Assembly: GCF_009914755.1 (NCBI RefSeq)
Contig: NC_060926.1
DNA length: 64,000 bases
Source of the DNA: the human T2T-CHM13v2.0 reference genome, Homo sapiens
Strand: one strand, 5' to 3'
Below, in pieces: positions 1 through 16,040 of this stretch (its first letter is position 1; each line of letters begins with the position of its first letter). Under the pieces are notes generated by a model. It did no database searches, was not told where the DNA came from, and worked only from the letters and a program-made list of their open reading frames with translations. Made by a program: the position numbers and the translations under genes.

Positions 1-691
1 GGAGGATGTTCTGGAAAATACAGGAATTATTGTTTTGTGGGTGCATTTTTCCTATAGCAAACATAATACTGTCCACGACAATGTCATGCATTATTTGTCA
101 AGTTAAATGTTTAAAAACATTTAATACTATTTTCTGAAAACAGAAACAGAAAGTCCATTAAATAATAAATTTCCTGGGCAACGTGATCTTTTTCAGTTTA
201 TTTTTAGTAGTCTGAACTACCATGGTATCTGATATCTGAAGAAAACACTGTTTCTCTTACAAGAGAGAAAACCTTGTGTTGTAGTCATGGATTGAGAGCT
301 GAAGTGTTGCAGCTCCCTATTTCTAGAACCTTCTGAACACATGTGAGTAAATCAGTTCAATCCTATGTGCTTCTGGTTATTTGTCTGTAAAATGATCCAC
401 CTACTCCTTCTCCCAGCCCCCTCCCTATTTCTTTGTCCTACACGGTTGAAAAGAAGATAATTTATTGTCACTTAAACAATGTCTTAGATACGAACCCTCA
501 ACTTTTCAAGCACCACCCAAATGCCAAAGACTCTTGATGTTTTGCGGAAGGAAGACAATCAGAGGTTTGGCTTAGAAAGTTTTCCTTCCTCTGGCTGAAG
601 ATGAACTTCACAGCATTTTTCTCCACTTTGTACACGTAAGCCACATGAGTAATTTTCCTTTAAGTTGAACTACTGAATTTAAATAAAGATG

Positions 692-764
692 AGTGTGTTT
701 TTGTGTGAGTTATATGAGTGTGTGTGCCTGTGCGTAGTGTGTATGTGTGTGTGCACGTGTGTGT
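692..764. repeat. Imperfect (TG)n microsatellite
   Basis: Interrupted tgtgtg runs read directly. Confidence 0.8.
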
Positions 765-1764
765 AGGGGGAGATTTGACCAACATGGGGAATGAATGCAA
801 AGACATTGAATAACCAAGTTTCCAGCCACCTCTTAGTTAGCATAGCTTGATGTGGCTTACTTTCCAGAATAGTTGTGACTTGGTACTTTTTAGGAGCTAT
901 TTGGACTGAAGCTCAGGGAATAACCAGATGACCATAATGTATCAAGAACTTCTCAGAAAAAGGTACTGTATAAATAAATGGCACTTTTATTATTCTAGTC
1001 TGCCTCCTTTGGCTATAGGTTTTGACATCAAACTGTGAAAGTCAGTAATACAGTTTCTGAAGAGCTGTTTTACTTTCTTTTTTTCTTTTTCTTCCTGTTC
1101 TCTAATATCTCTATTCTGTTTTCTGAAAATACTCAGCTATGCCTTGGCTGGGGATGATAAAACCCTTGTTCACCCAGTTTTCCTGATTGATATCTCCACA
1201 CAAGCTGATACACCCACCCGCCCTCACACACAATCAGACAGAGTCCATTACCATTTTTCTGAAAAACCAAACAAGTTACTTGTTTAAGGCAGTTCTACCT
1301 GTCATGGTGAGACAACTGTTATTTGAGCCTTAATTAGCAGAGTATTGGGCTGAACCATGTGTCTTTTGTGTCCTGTTTGCAGGTTAAACTCAATATGACC
1401 TTTACAGATCTAAAGGTCCTAACAAATTGCAATATGCAATCATTTTTGTATCTACAAACCCAAATATTTAAAAAATAACTATTTAAAGCAACATGAGTTA
1501 GCTAGTCAAATGTGCTGTCCATTTAAAAGTCTATGATTTTCTTTGGTAAAAAGCTCAGGTAGTTTTTTCACTGAGTTTTTTTCAGTAAAATATTCTATAA
1601 ATATGAGTGTATTTCTCTCTCCCTTCTGAAAAATCAATATCTGATGAGTTCCAAAATCTCTCATAGACCTAAGTTTTTAATTTGACTTTTATACTTTGAT
1701 AGACTTTCTGAAGGAAATTTATATCAATTTCCCTGGATGTTACATTTCATTTTCAACCACCTAA

Positions 1765-2103
<339 letters not shown>

Positions 2104-3245
2104 TAAATTTCACCAATTCACACCATTAATTCAGAATGTACAAAGATTTAGACATGTGACTGTTGTCGAATAAACAGTTAACATATTTTTGACTGAATGT
2201 TGGAGCTTTTTGGTGGAAATTCAATTTTAAATTAGTATCTTTTTCAAATAAATATTTAAGAGCTGTCAAAATTTGTATCTTTTGTATGTAACTTCAACTT
2301 CTAAATTTAAAATTACTGTCTTTGTCTAATTATTTTATATTTTAGCATAGTCACAGTTAATTAATTGTTCTACTAGAGCTTGAACCCACATTCTTCATTT
2401 GCAGTTCATTTTCTGATCATGCATTTTCTCTGGTTTGGGCAAAAAATAAACATTTTTTTAAGCTCATAACAATTTATATCTTGGTCATCTGGTTGGATAT
2501 TACTTTCTCTCTCAAGATATTCTCATTTGGACATAATAGTAGTAGGTATTTATATATTCTATAGATGAGGAAACACAGAAGTTTCTTATCTTGATTAGAA
2601 AGAGAAAATATTTCAGGGGTGGTAAGTGAGCTTTTCATGCTCCTATCTGTTAAAATACCGGTTTTATCTCTAACTGGGGAAGGTAAGTACCAAAGTATTG
2701 ACAATGAGTGTTTCCATCTCAGCTTCGGCAACAAGGTACTTTGGCATCTTAACATTCCTGGATTTGTGAAAAACAATTAAAAAACCATTAATATTGGGAG
2801 AAAAATATAAGCCCAGTTAGTATCCCTTGCATTGTTTGTCCCTTCATAGTGATCCACTTACTAGCTGTGCAGTTGCCTACCCTCAGCTCCCATTCCATGG
2901 GCCAGTAATTAATGTACCAGGGTAATTTCTTCCTGACGCCACAGTCTGTTGATATAGTTATGAAAACTAACTGAGGACCTATGATAAGGTTTCCACAGTG
3001 ACTTGATTTTACTGCAGGATGGGACTAACACAGGTCAAGAAAAAACTGTAAAACTGGAAACAGTGCACGTTTATTGTTTTTTTTTAAAAATTAGATACTG
3101 ATTTTTTCTGGTGCCAGTAGAGAGGCCAGAAACATTTAATCTTCAGAACTAAACCCCAAAACCTCATGAAACATTGAAAGAGGAAGGCAAAAGTTGCTCT
3201 CTTCCCCAAATGTGAACTACTTATTGCATCAAAGATTAAGCTGTC

Positions 3246-3600
3246 TACTATGGTCTGAATATTTGTTCCCTCTAAAATTCATATGTTGAAATCTTAACCC
3301 CCATGGTGATGTATGAGGAGGTGTGACTTTGGGAGATCATGAGGGCTCTGTCTTCATTAAAGGGATTAGTGTCCTTATGAAAAAAAGTCCCAGAGAGACT
3401 CTCACCCCTTGCATCATGTGTGGACACAGAAAGAAGGCACCCTCTACAAACCAGAAAGCAGGTTCTCATCAGATACGGAGTTTGCTGGCATTTTGATATT
3501 GGATTTCCAGCCTTTAGAACTGTGAGGAATAAGTTTTGATTGTTGATAAGGCAGCCAGTTTATGGGATTTTTGTTATAACATCTTAAATGGACTAAGACA
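3246..3600 (+). mobile_element. MLT1A0 solo LTR (ERVL-MaLR)
   Basis: Starts tactatggtctgaat, ends ggactaagaca; 5-bp TSD ctgtc/ctgcc. Confidence 0.9.
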
Positions 3601-4321
3601 CTGCCCTAACTTTGCTTAGATTAAGGAGGTTGAGTGTATCAGCTGAATCCTGACCAAAATTTCTTGTTGGAGTGGAAAGGACTCAAGGACATAATTTAAC
3701 AAGTTGTGCTGGGCATGTCAAGTGCTCTAGAAATTTCATGAGTCTCCTCCCAGTCCACATATTGTCGAGAATGAATGAGCTCACTAATCTGCTACAAGAT
3801 GAAGACCACGACGTTATACAGGCTAATTCTGAGTCACTGCATCAGTTGAGACCAGCAGCCACTGACTTACAAACACAACCCAACTTATTTTTTGAAGAGA
3901 TTCGTAGTAGCCAAAAATCGCACCGCTGTTTAAACACAAATACTTAAGAATATAAAAGATCATAACCACAACCTTTTAATTATAATGATATCCTTTAATG
4001 TGGGAGAAGAAGAGAGGAGTATATTATTTGACCTTAGATGTAACTGTATGGAAAAACAGGGCATCAGTCGCAAAGTCATTTTACAAAAGAAAGCATATTT
4101 TCTTGTGTGTGTTTATGTGTAAGAGTGTGTGTGCGTATGTTTGTGCATCCATGTGCACACTTGCTCATACACCATAGTATTTTAAAGAACATAGTTTACC
4201 ATAGGGAGGAATGGATATAAAAAAGGTGATTAATTAGTTCTGTGGCATATCTTACTATAGCTTTCTAAGGTTCACGCTTTTTATATCACCTCACACACAA
4301 ATTAATGCCATATTTATTTGA

Positions 4322-4500
4322 AAGCAGCACAGTGTTAAAGAAGACAAAAGAGACATTGAATTCAGCCATACCTGGCTTTAAATTCCTGTCACATGTTAGC
4401 TGTGTGATTTTATGCAAAATTATTTAGTCTGCTTGATCTTTAGTTTTCTTGTTTATAAAAATAAGAGTGTCACTTTTCTTACAGAACTGTTGTAAGAATG
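4322..4500 (+). mobile_element. MIR SINE
   Basis: Core ttagctgtgtgatttt...ttatttagtctgcttgatctttagttttcttgtttataaaa. Confidence 0.6.
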
Positions 4501-4959
4501 CAACCAGATTTTTTAGCTTCTAGTAGGATGTCTGATAACTGTTAGATCCTTCTTCTTTCTCTGTAAGAACCATAGTTCGATCTGGCTAATACAGTCTTAT
4601 ACTGAATAGAATTATCATAATCTCTACCACTAGGCTTGTGAGTAGGGGGAGAAAGTGGAATCATAATTTTTTATTCCTGAAAATACACCAACGGAAAAGT
4701 AATGATTTCTAAGTCTTAACTCTTTCAGACAAGCTGTTTTTACATGCTGAAAAGTGAGATGCCAGTTCTTCATGTCTCCATCGTTTCTGTCTCTTTAACA
4801 GTTCAGAACATTCCTTTCCCTGGACAAATTCTGCAAAATGAAGTTAGGTTTCCAATTCTTCTATACCCTTTTAGTTGGTAATTTTTGAGTCAGGATTATA
4901 TAGATCAAAATTTGAATTTCAGAGATGGAAGAGATATTAGAGAATAGTTCAAGTTTTAA

Positions 4960-5215
4960 GGCACATTACAATCATTTGAGAGGCTTGATAAAAACAGAGA
5001 TTTGTAGAACCTGTCCCAAAAGATTCTCTTTCTGGAGGTAAAGGTCCCAAGCTCCTGCATTTTTTTAAAATACATATTTTATTGTGGTAAGAATGCTTAA
5101 TATGAAATTGATCCTCTTAACAAACTTTTAAGCGTGCAATAAGATATTGTTGACTATAGCTACACCAAGTTTCTACATTTTAAAAACGAATGTCCCAGAT
5201 GTCTTTGGTTTAGTT
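4960..5215. mobile_element. MER5-like hAT-Charlie MITE interrupted by an L1M 3'-end fragment (about 5063-5165, minus)
   Basis: MER5-like cacattacaatcatttgagaggcttg...ctgcattttt; L1M end tttattgtggtaagaa; degenerate TSD caagctcctgcattt (5048) / caagtttctacattt (5166). Confidence 0.55.
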
Positions 5216-5318
5216 GGGCCACTCTCTCCAGAGGGAGCACTACTGCCTTAAAGTCTTTCTAATTAACTTTTCACACATTGCAGGGTCATTTATAGCCTCT
5301 GACTCAGTGCAGAACTGC

Positions 5319-5525
5319 CAGGGGAGGCTTTGGGTTTTGTAAGGGTTGAAGCTTATACAATATGGGGCCTACATTAAGAAAACAAAGTTTAAAAATCTTG
5401 TATTTGTAAATTTTGCCAAGCATATGGCCATGTGAATGTACTGCTAGGGCTTCTCCGAGGGCCTGAGAAGGAACTCATGTCTTTAGGGTCCCTGAAGCAT
5501 AAGCTTCATATTATATGCACTGCTG
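5319..5525. mobile_element. MER91A-like Zaphod-derived MITE (hAT-Tip100)
   Basis: cagggg...gaagcttatacaat left end and ccctgaagcataagcttcat right end; degraded 8-bp TSD agaactgc/agtaccac. Confidence 0.65.
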
Positions 5526-5551
5526 AGTACCACCGATGACAATTCATCCCT

Positions 5552-6101
<550 letters not shown>

Positions 6102-6544
6102 CACAGTTAGCACTCTTAATGAATGAACTAAAGTGCTGAAGACAATAAATAAAAATATACAATAATTAGCTGAACATTTATGTATTAGTTATTAAATTAC
6201 CCTATGTATTTATGTATTTTTATATTTTAAAATCTAAATTTAAAATTCACAATCACTGAAAATATATATGTTAAAAAATATATATATATATGATAAATAA
6301 TTGATGAAGTCTCTAGGTGATTAAAAGATAAAGAAGATACACATCTGGCCCCCAGAAGCTTATAATCTAATACACCAAGGGTGTGAGTAGAGGGAGAGGG
6401 TGGGTGAGATAGGTATAAAGTTACAAACAGCATGAGGAAGTATTTGAAAGCTTCAGCACTTGGAGAGGAGAGAAAGCACAATCCTAACCTCCGCAAGAGA
6501 ATAGCTACAGTCAACAAAGCCAAAACAGAAGAAAAAACTAACAG

Positions 6545-7002
6545 AGACTGCTAATTCTCTAGTCCAGTATTTTGTTGGTAACAGATCCCTCAATTTTATC
6601 TGCTCAGAATAAGGATTATATTACGGTAAAGTGAGGCCACATGACTAGGTTCTGCCTGGTAAATAAACAGAAGTCTCATGTGGCAATTTTCAGAAAACCT
6701 TCTTAAAAGATGGCTGACGTACTTCCTTTGCTTATTTCTCTTCCCTCTTTGTCTTTTCTGCTGGATGGAATTCAGGCTGATGGCTGGAACTTGAGCAGCC
6801 ATCATGGTCCACGAGACAGTACACTAAGAATGACAAAATATCAAGATAAAAGAAATCCTGGTGATTATAAGCCACTGTATCAGCCCTGAATTGCTTATCT
6901 CCAGATTGTGATCATCAGAGAGAGACAGAACACTATCTAGTTTAGAAAGCATTTATTGTGAGTTTCTGTCATTTGCAGCTGAACTTAGTCCTAATGGATA
7001 CA
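6545..7002 (+). mobile_element. Old MaLR LTR (MLT1I/J-like)
   Basis: ggccacatgactaggttctg, gatggctggaacttgagcagccatc, ends tttgcagctgaacttagtcctaatggataca. Confidence 0.7.
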
Positions 7003-7234
7003 AATCTTTATTGAGAATGCTGACCTCAACCATCATTCTGTTAAAAAGGTTCCAATGCATAGAGAGGGTATAACTGTGACTAATATAACATGACTATATA
7101 TTTTAAAACAAATGTGTTAAAATGAATCCAAATGAAATTATCCCTCACAGGCTGTCCCTTTGGGAGAAAATATTATTCCAATCACACTATCATTAGTCAG
7201 ATGAGTATTACAGCTTTTCCTTTGAGACTGTGTT

Positions 7235-7480
7235 GACAGTGGTAGTGGGAGCAGCAGCAACATCCAATTTCCAGCTAACTGCAGTGATGATAGTGCCATT
7301 TGGAAGGACTGGCATTATCCAATGCCAGAGGAACTGTGGTGCAAGCTTTAGCACCCAGGGATCTGTGATGGATGTGATCTGACTGCCTGTCCTTGTTTCT
7401 ACCCATGCTCCAAGCCTGCTGCTCCACTCTTCTCAGGGATGCTGTGAGCTTTCTCGTATCTTTACAATAGATTATGTTTA
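7235..7480 (+). mobile_element. ERVL LTR fragment (LTR33/LTR16-like)
   Basis: ccaagcctgctgctccactcttctcagggatgctgtgagct resembles the LTR33 3' region. Confidence 0.4.
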
Positions 7481-8944
7481 TGTATCCTTTTCAGGGAGGC
7501 CTTTCCTGATGATTCCGCATAAATAGCACCCCTTAGCACTCCCTGTTGCTATCACCCGAATCTAACGCGAGGGGCTTTGAAATTTGAGAGGCTGAAATGT
7601 GTCTTCTGGAATATGGGGAACAGTGTTTGACCTACCTTCGGAAACGTTAAACGTGAGGGTTGGTACTATCAGCTGAGTTAGCAAGGAATAAGGAAAGGAG
7701 GGCTGAGGCCAGCATTTAGGACTAAAGTGAGCAACTGCAGGCACATTCCAAGGATGCGATAAGTGCTTCTTTTGGACTAGATGTGGACCACTAACACAGA
7801 GGAGCTGGTGGAGGGTCATGTTAGGTTCTATACATGAGGGTCACTTGATGTGTAATGAAATCTCAGCAGAAGGATGCTGGAGGTGGAAGGGGAAGCCAGA
7901 GAGATATGCATTGCTTGCATCCTATATTTTTAATTTAATGTTACGTGATGAAGTCTCTGAAGAATTCAAGAAAATTTTTATAAAAGAAAGTGTTTGACAT
8001 CTGCTAAATTCAAAGAAGTCATCATACTAAAGAATAAGAGCTTGCTGGCCTTTTCTTATTTCTATTGCTTCTTTCCCTTCCCCAGCCACATTCAATCTGC
8101 TTGGATTAGCAAAAATAGAGGAGGAGGAGTAGAAGCAGGCAGGCAAGGAGAGAACAACCATCCCCTCCACCTTCACGCCGCAGACAACCTCAACAGGGTC
8201 AAGGGAAAAGGGTTTAACTGTATATCAAATTAATGTGATTATTATATGGAACCGGACATTCTGCTTTCTAAATTGGAACTACATCAATGTCTTAGGCGAT
8301 TGTAGAACTTCTCCTAACAACAACATTTTCCTACTTATTGGCCAGGTTTATATCTAGGTAAAAGAATAGTGGGCATTTAAAAATAACTGATTTGAACAAG
8401 CAGGACTCATGGAAATAATCATAAAAGCAACATGCTTTTTCCTTCCGCTATTCTTTTAAGACTATTCCCTATGTCTCTTGCTTGCTCAACTGCCAGTTAC
8501 TTTTAAACGTCTGGGGATGTTAAGCAATGAGCCAGGTGATATGTTCTTCCTCACTCTGGTTATTTCCCTCTTTTCTGTAATTCATCTTTATTTCAACAAT
8601 CATTGTGGTCATTTTGCTCTGATTTCTCCCATCAGATGAAAACACACACTAAAAATGGAATACTCTTAAATATTTTATTCATTGATAAAACTCTTGCCTT
8701 CTAGAGTAATTACCACTTCAAAGAAATCCTCAAGAAGACAACTTTAGTAACAAGAAACTTCACCAATCATGGAATTTCTAGCAAAAGAGAGAGGGCATTT
8801 TATATGTAGCATTTTTTTTGGCAGTGCTCAAAAAATACTGTGTAGAAAATTCCATATATGATTTGGTCAAATTGGACACTCAATATTTGTTTAAAGAATA
8901 AATTGATACATAAATTGCCCTTATACAAACTTATTAAAATGATG

Positions 8945-9306
8945 TGATATGGTTTGGTTTGTCCCCACTCAAATGTCATCTTGAATTGTAGTTCTCATAA
9001 TGGCCGCATGTTGTGGGAAGGACCCAGTGGGAGTTAATTGAAACATGGGAGCAGTTACCTTCATGCTGTTCTCGTGATAGTGAGTGAGTTCTCATGAGAA
9101 CTGATGGTTTTATAAGGGGCTTTCCCCCCTTTGCTCAGCAGTTCTCCTGCCTGCCGCCTTGTGAAAAAGGTGCCTTGCTTCCCTTTTGCCTTCTGCCATG
9201 ATTGTAAATTTCCTGAGGTCTCCCCAGCTATGCTGTACCTCTTCCCTTTATAAATTACCTAGTCTCTGATATGTCTTTATTAGCAGCATGAGAACAGACT
9301 AATACA
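8945..9306 (+). mobile_element. THE1C/THE1D solo LTR
   Basis: tgatatggtttgg ... agcagcatgagaacagactaataca; TSD tgatg/tgatt. Confidence 0.92.
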
Positions 9307-9711
9307 TGATTAATGTCTTCTGAAAAAATACACTTATGATACAAAAGAAATAATATGCTGTGAAAGAGAGTACTGATATCCTCTGCTTCAGTATGAATAT
9401 CAAACACAGTAGAACTTATTTCAGCATGCCCTTGGATCTGGATGCTTAATCAGATCAAGTACCCTGAAACACAATTCTGCCATTAGGCAATAAGATATAT
9501 TCCTCTTTCTAACAAATAATTTTCATACTCCATAGTGTGTTTTATAAACATGACACTCTGTATTTGATTTTTAAAATTGTTACATTTTTTAAAACACACA
9601 GATAATATATCAATGAATACAAGTTAGAAAGAATGGGTAGAAAAAGGGAAAATATGTCTAACCACACCATGTTAATGAGGTTTCCTATTAGTAGTATCTT
9701 AATATGTTTTT

Positions 9712-10032
9712 TTTAATTTCTTTTTTTTTTTATTATTATACTTTAAGTTCTAGGGTACATGTGCACAATGTGCAGGTTTGTTACATATGCATACATGTGC
9801 CATGTTGGTGTGCTGCACCTGTTAACTCGTCATTTACATTAGGTATATCTCCTAATGCTATCCCTCCCCCCTCCCCCCACCCCTTTGTAGAGACATGGAT
9901 GAAGCTGGAAACCATCACTCTGAGCAAACTATTGCAAGGACAGAAAATCAAACACTGCATGGTCTCACTCATAGGTGGGAACTGAACAATGAGAACACTT
10001 GGGCACAGGGCGGGGAACATCACACACCGGGG
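9712..10032 (-). mobile_element. Short 5'-inverted L1PA (L1PA4-6) 3' UTR copy
   Basis: Antisense 3' end 9712-9883 joined to sense-oriented upstream L1 9884-10032; 14-bp TSD cttaatatgttttt at 9698-9711 and 10033-10046. Confidence 0.93.
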
Positions 10033-11451
10033 CTTAATATGTTTTTATGTAATACTGCCTTTAATAAAGTTGCATCGAATCCCTTTTGAGCAGAAGTTGG
10101 TATTGTTTAAATGTCCACTTCATTTTTCAATTATTCAGTCTATAATATGTATGTATAGGAAATGTGCCTGATTACCAAGTCAGCAGTGGTGAAAATCATA
10201 CTGTTAGGCCTTCCTGAGGAGGTAGCATGTGAGGTAAAATCGGTAAGATGTAGAAATCCATACTTTGCTGATTTACTATTACTTAGATTTTTCTCCTTAA
10301 TATTTGACATTTTAACACTTTTGGTATCTAATGTGCATTTTTCCTAACAATTCTAGAATTGTATGTTACAGAAGACAGATGATTGAGAGGAATATTTCAC
10401 ATCTCTTGTTCTCTTTTTTAAAAATTCTACAATTAAGACAGAGTCTAATTGGATTTCCTTTATGAAACCACTGTCTCAGAGCTCTTAACTGTCTTCTTAA
10501 AAACTGCTTTTGTGAAAGCAATTTTATCAAAGTGGCATATAAAACCTTTACTAATCCTATAGTTTTGGAAAAGATATTTGGATATATTAACACAGTAGTC
10601 GGGGGAAAAATAGTGAATTCCTACTCAACAGAGAAACAGCAGCTCTACCAAGATACTTCCTTAAGAATAACCAAAACTGTCTACTCCCACTACTTTAGTG
10701 TTCACTGTGACTCCAAGAGAGGGGAACAGGAGTGAAAGAAGCCCATTGCGGAACCTGCTCACTCAGACTGGTTTTCTCACTGCTGCTGAAAAGGCCAAGC
10801 TGGGTTGCATACTTGAGAGAACTTAATGGTCAGTCATGGCATTGAAACAGACACATGCTTAATCACTTTTTCATGCTCCAGTAAGTAAATTGTTCATGGA
10901 CAGATAACACCATTTAATCTCTGATACCACTTCATGGAAAAACGATACTACCAGCCACAGGGAAAGAGAATTTTAAAAATAATCATAAGTGGGGTTAAAA
11001 AGTTTAAAGCCAGCTGACTGAATATCTGGCTTTGAGTTTAGCATTAACTTTCAGATAGAAATGAGTATCTGAGTAAAAGTTTACCCTTTTAGAAGCAAGA
11101 GCTACTAAAAGGTGGATAGACAGAATACTAAAAGTCTTTGTCCATGTGTGAAATTTCACAAGATGAGATAAACTGCCAGTCCAGCTTTTTCTATAACCAC
11201 AAGGGGGACACCTTCTGTAGACAGAAAAAAAAAAAAAAGACTGAAACAAAAGTAAAGGATTTTAATGAATAATCCTCCTCTCCCCTCCTGCTAGCTCACC
11301 AAGGAAGCTAGTGAAAGACTATAAATGACAGGGAATTACCGTGCCATAGAATTTGGGAGATTCAGGCCCATTCGTATTCTCTCATCTTATTTCACAGATG
11401 TGCAGGCAGACCCTCTTGAAACATGATTCCCAAGCTACCCACTTTCTAGTT

Positions 11452-11486
11452 TGTGTGTGTGTGTGTGTGTGTGCACGCATGTGTGT
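11452..11486. repeat. (TG)n microsatellite
   Basis: Direct read. Confidence 0.9.
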
Positions 11487-11924
11487 ATTTTAAGCCCATT
11501 TAGCACGTGGAGAAAATGAACATGTTCCCTTTTAACTGTTAAAAGGGAAGTCTCATATGACAGTGTGCTTTTGAGCAAAACCAACTGCATGTGTGTTTAA
11601 GTGACCAAAGAGTTGGGGGGAGAAAAAGAAAAACAGACATTTTTGTACTAAGCCACGAATCTCCTAATTCTTCCCACCTGAAATCGTCTTGGATTTTAAA
11701 GGTTATTTAAATTCACATGAGTTCTTTCTTTGTGCCGTTTTAATATTATATGCAATTTGATTTCTTTGCTTGTCTGAGATTTTTCAGGACTGTGTTTATG
11801 TCTTATAATTCTTAATATCTTTATTGAAATAGTTCAGTAGGAGTGAAGAGAGCATATGAAATGCTCTGTGACTGATGTCCATCTTCAGAGAGAGAGACTT
11901 ACACTGCTACATGAAACTACATAC

Positions 11925-12310
11925 CTGGGACAGAGGAAATTATGTTGGATTTGGAAGTAGAATATCTGTTTCAGAGTCCCACAAGATAATCCTAACTATA
12001 GCAACAATCATACTCTAACGATAAGAACTGTCATTGATTGAGTGCTTATTCTGTGTCGGGAACAGCATTAACTACTTTACCAACATTCTGTCATGTAACT
12101 GTTGCATCAACCCAAGGAGGCTGTCTGAGTTTCTGTTTTACAGATAGCACAGTGAAGCTTACAGAACAAGAGAAACCTGCCTAAGGTGACACATCGCTAG
12201 CAATTTATAAGAGAAACATAATTAATAATCAAGTCTGTCTGCTCCATTTCACAATCTGTAAAACAAAGGTATAATCTACCTCAAATTTTGCCAGGCTTAA
12301 ATGGGATTAC
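11925..12310. mobile_element. Minus-strand MIR (about 12020-12246) nested within a plus-strand MIR
   Basis: MIR 5' part before, antisense ttgagtgcttattctgtgtc...ttttacagat...cctaaggtgacaca, then atctgtaaaa..aatctacctca resumes. Confidence 0.5.
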
Positions 12311-14156
12311 ACGAGCCCCGTAAACCAAAAAGCATACGTGCAAACACATGTATTAAGGTGAACATGCCATATAGACGAGGTACAATATCAAAAATAGACT
12401 CCACACAAAGCAGGGTGCAAGGCAGAAAAAAGAGAAAGGAACTTTTCTTCCCATGGTCACGGTCTGTGCCTTTTCACCCACCGAAAAGTCTGTTCTCACT
12501 TTTCTGACATTCAATGTTACTCACTAGAGATACCAACGCAGTTCTTCCCAGCTGGTGTAACGGGACTGTGACATACTATTAGAAGGGGAGTAGAGTAGAG
12601 TTTCACTTTCACTTTGGGATTAGAACACTTTAGTTGGAGAAGGAGAGAAGATAGCAGAAAGCTTGAAGACAAAAGAACAGGCCCACTCAGCTCTCTCCCT
12701 TGATAGAGATTTGGTACTTAACCTTGAGGCTTCAGCTCCATCGAGAACCATTAAGTGGCTTCTTGACCACATTCCCTGGGGTTAGTCTCTGAGCATGGGA
12801 AAGGATCAGAAGGTTTGCTGCCACAGGAACAATCCCCAAACTTTAGCCAATAAAACACTTTTCTAAATCCCCCCAAGCCAAAACAGTGTCCCCTTATTAA
12901 GAAGCCATTAGTCAGATTTTACAACCTGATATGAAGACAGGCAGCCCCCTTACATTCACTTGATGATACACTGCTAACATTTTTACATTGTGTCACTAAA
13001 TCTGTGTTAAACAAGCACCAAAAACTATCTTTTCCCTCTCCGATCAAAAAACACTCCTGACAATTTCAATGACATTAAGCATATGTAAGATTTTCTTCCA
13101 CCATGAAACTAGTGAAATTGCGTGGATATCTTACTTATTTTCAAGGAAGCTATGCATCATCTAAACATCAATCATTTGGAATATACAATCACGTATTTAT
13201 AAGGGCAGATACAATGTACTTGACTTTGAAGCATGTCACTCATTAAAAAGCATGGCAAGATAAGTTTCTTGTTACTGTTTTAACTTTTGATTTTTGATGT
13301 GGATTTTAAACAGACACTTTAGTATTTCAAAAGGAAATAAGCACAGAATAATTTTGTCATATAGCTTTCAGATCACTTAGTCCTCATTTCACAGGCTATA
13401 ATTGTTTCTCCAACTTTTCCACTAATATATGGAATGCATAAACTATGTTTGTTTGTATAAGTATAAATATATTAACTTAAGACTGATAAGAACCCAGTAT
13501 TTCAATAAGTTTCGAGGAAACAAAAGTGAGTGTCCTTTAGGTACTAAATGAATCTTATATACATTTAAAATTTTACATATATGCTGAAGACACAAAGTTG
13601 ACTATAACATCATAATGTTTTTAGATGATTTGTGGGGATGGGTAGGAGTAGTGGATTCACAACTATCTATTTGGATAACCAGGGGTGTCCAAGAATAAAA
13701 CTCAAAATGAAAGACTTCTAACGTCAACTTGGCAAATATATTGAACACAAGGTATTAATAACACTAGTGAAAAGAATCAAAAATTATAAAGTGCAGTGAA
13801 GTTTTATAATGACTGAAATCCAGTTGGAACATACGGGAAAAGATGCTGATTATATTATAGAGAATCATATGCATCGTACTGAGATACAAAATAAAAAGAT
13901 CCGCAAATCAGGAATAATGAAGAATTGACAAGCAATATTTTCTGAAATCTCAACTTAAAAACCCGGCCATTCACTATACCTTCTATGGAATTTATATTCC
14001 TTTAACGTAAGAATGTTAAAACCAACACGAAAGTGTCTCTCTCTCTATAAAAAGGCCAATATTTGAAAACATTACTTGTTTCTCTCCTACATCTACAATT
14101 TAACAGTTGTGAAAGCCTTAGGAAGTCATCTAATTCAAGCTCTTATTTTATAGTCA

Positions 14157-16040
<1,884 letters not shown>

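Noticed and set aside
13810-13930. 39-codon ATG ORF MTEIQLEHTGKD...
   Set aside because: Too short, A-rich, no homology recognised; possibly decayed L1
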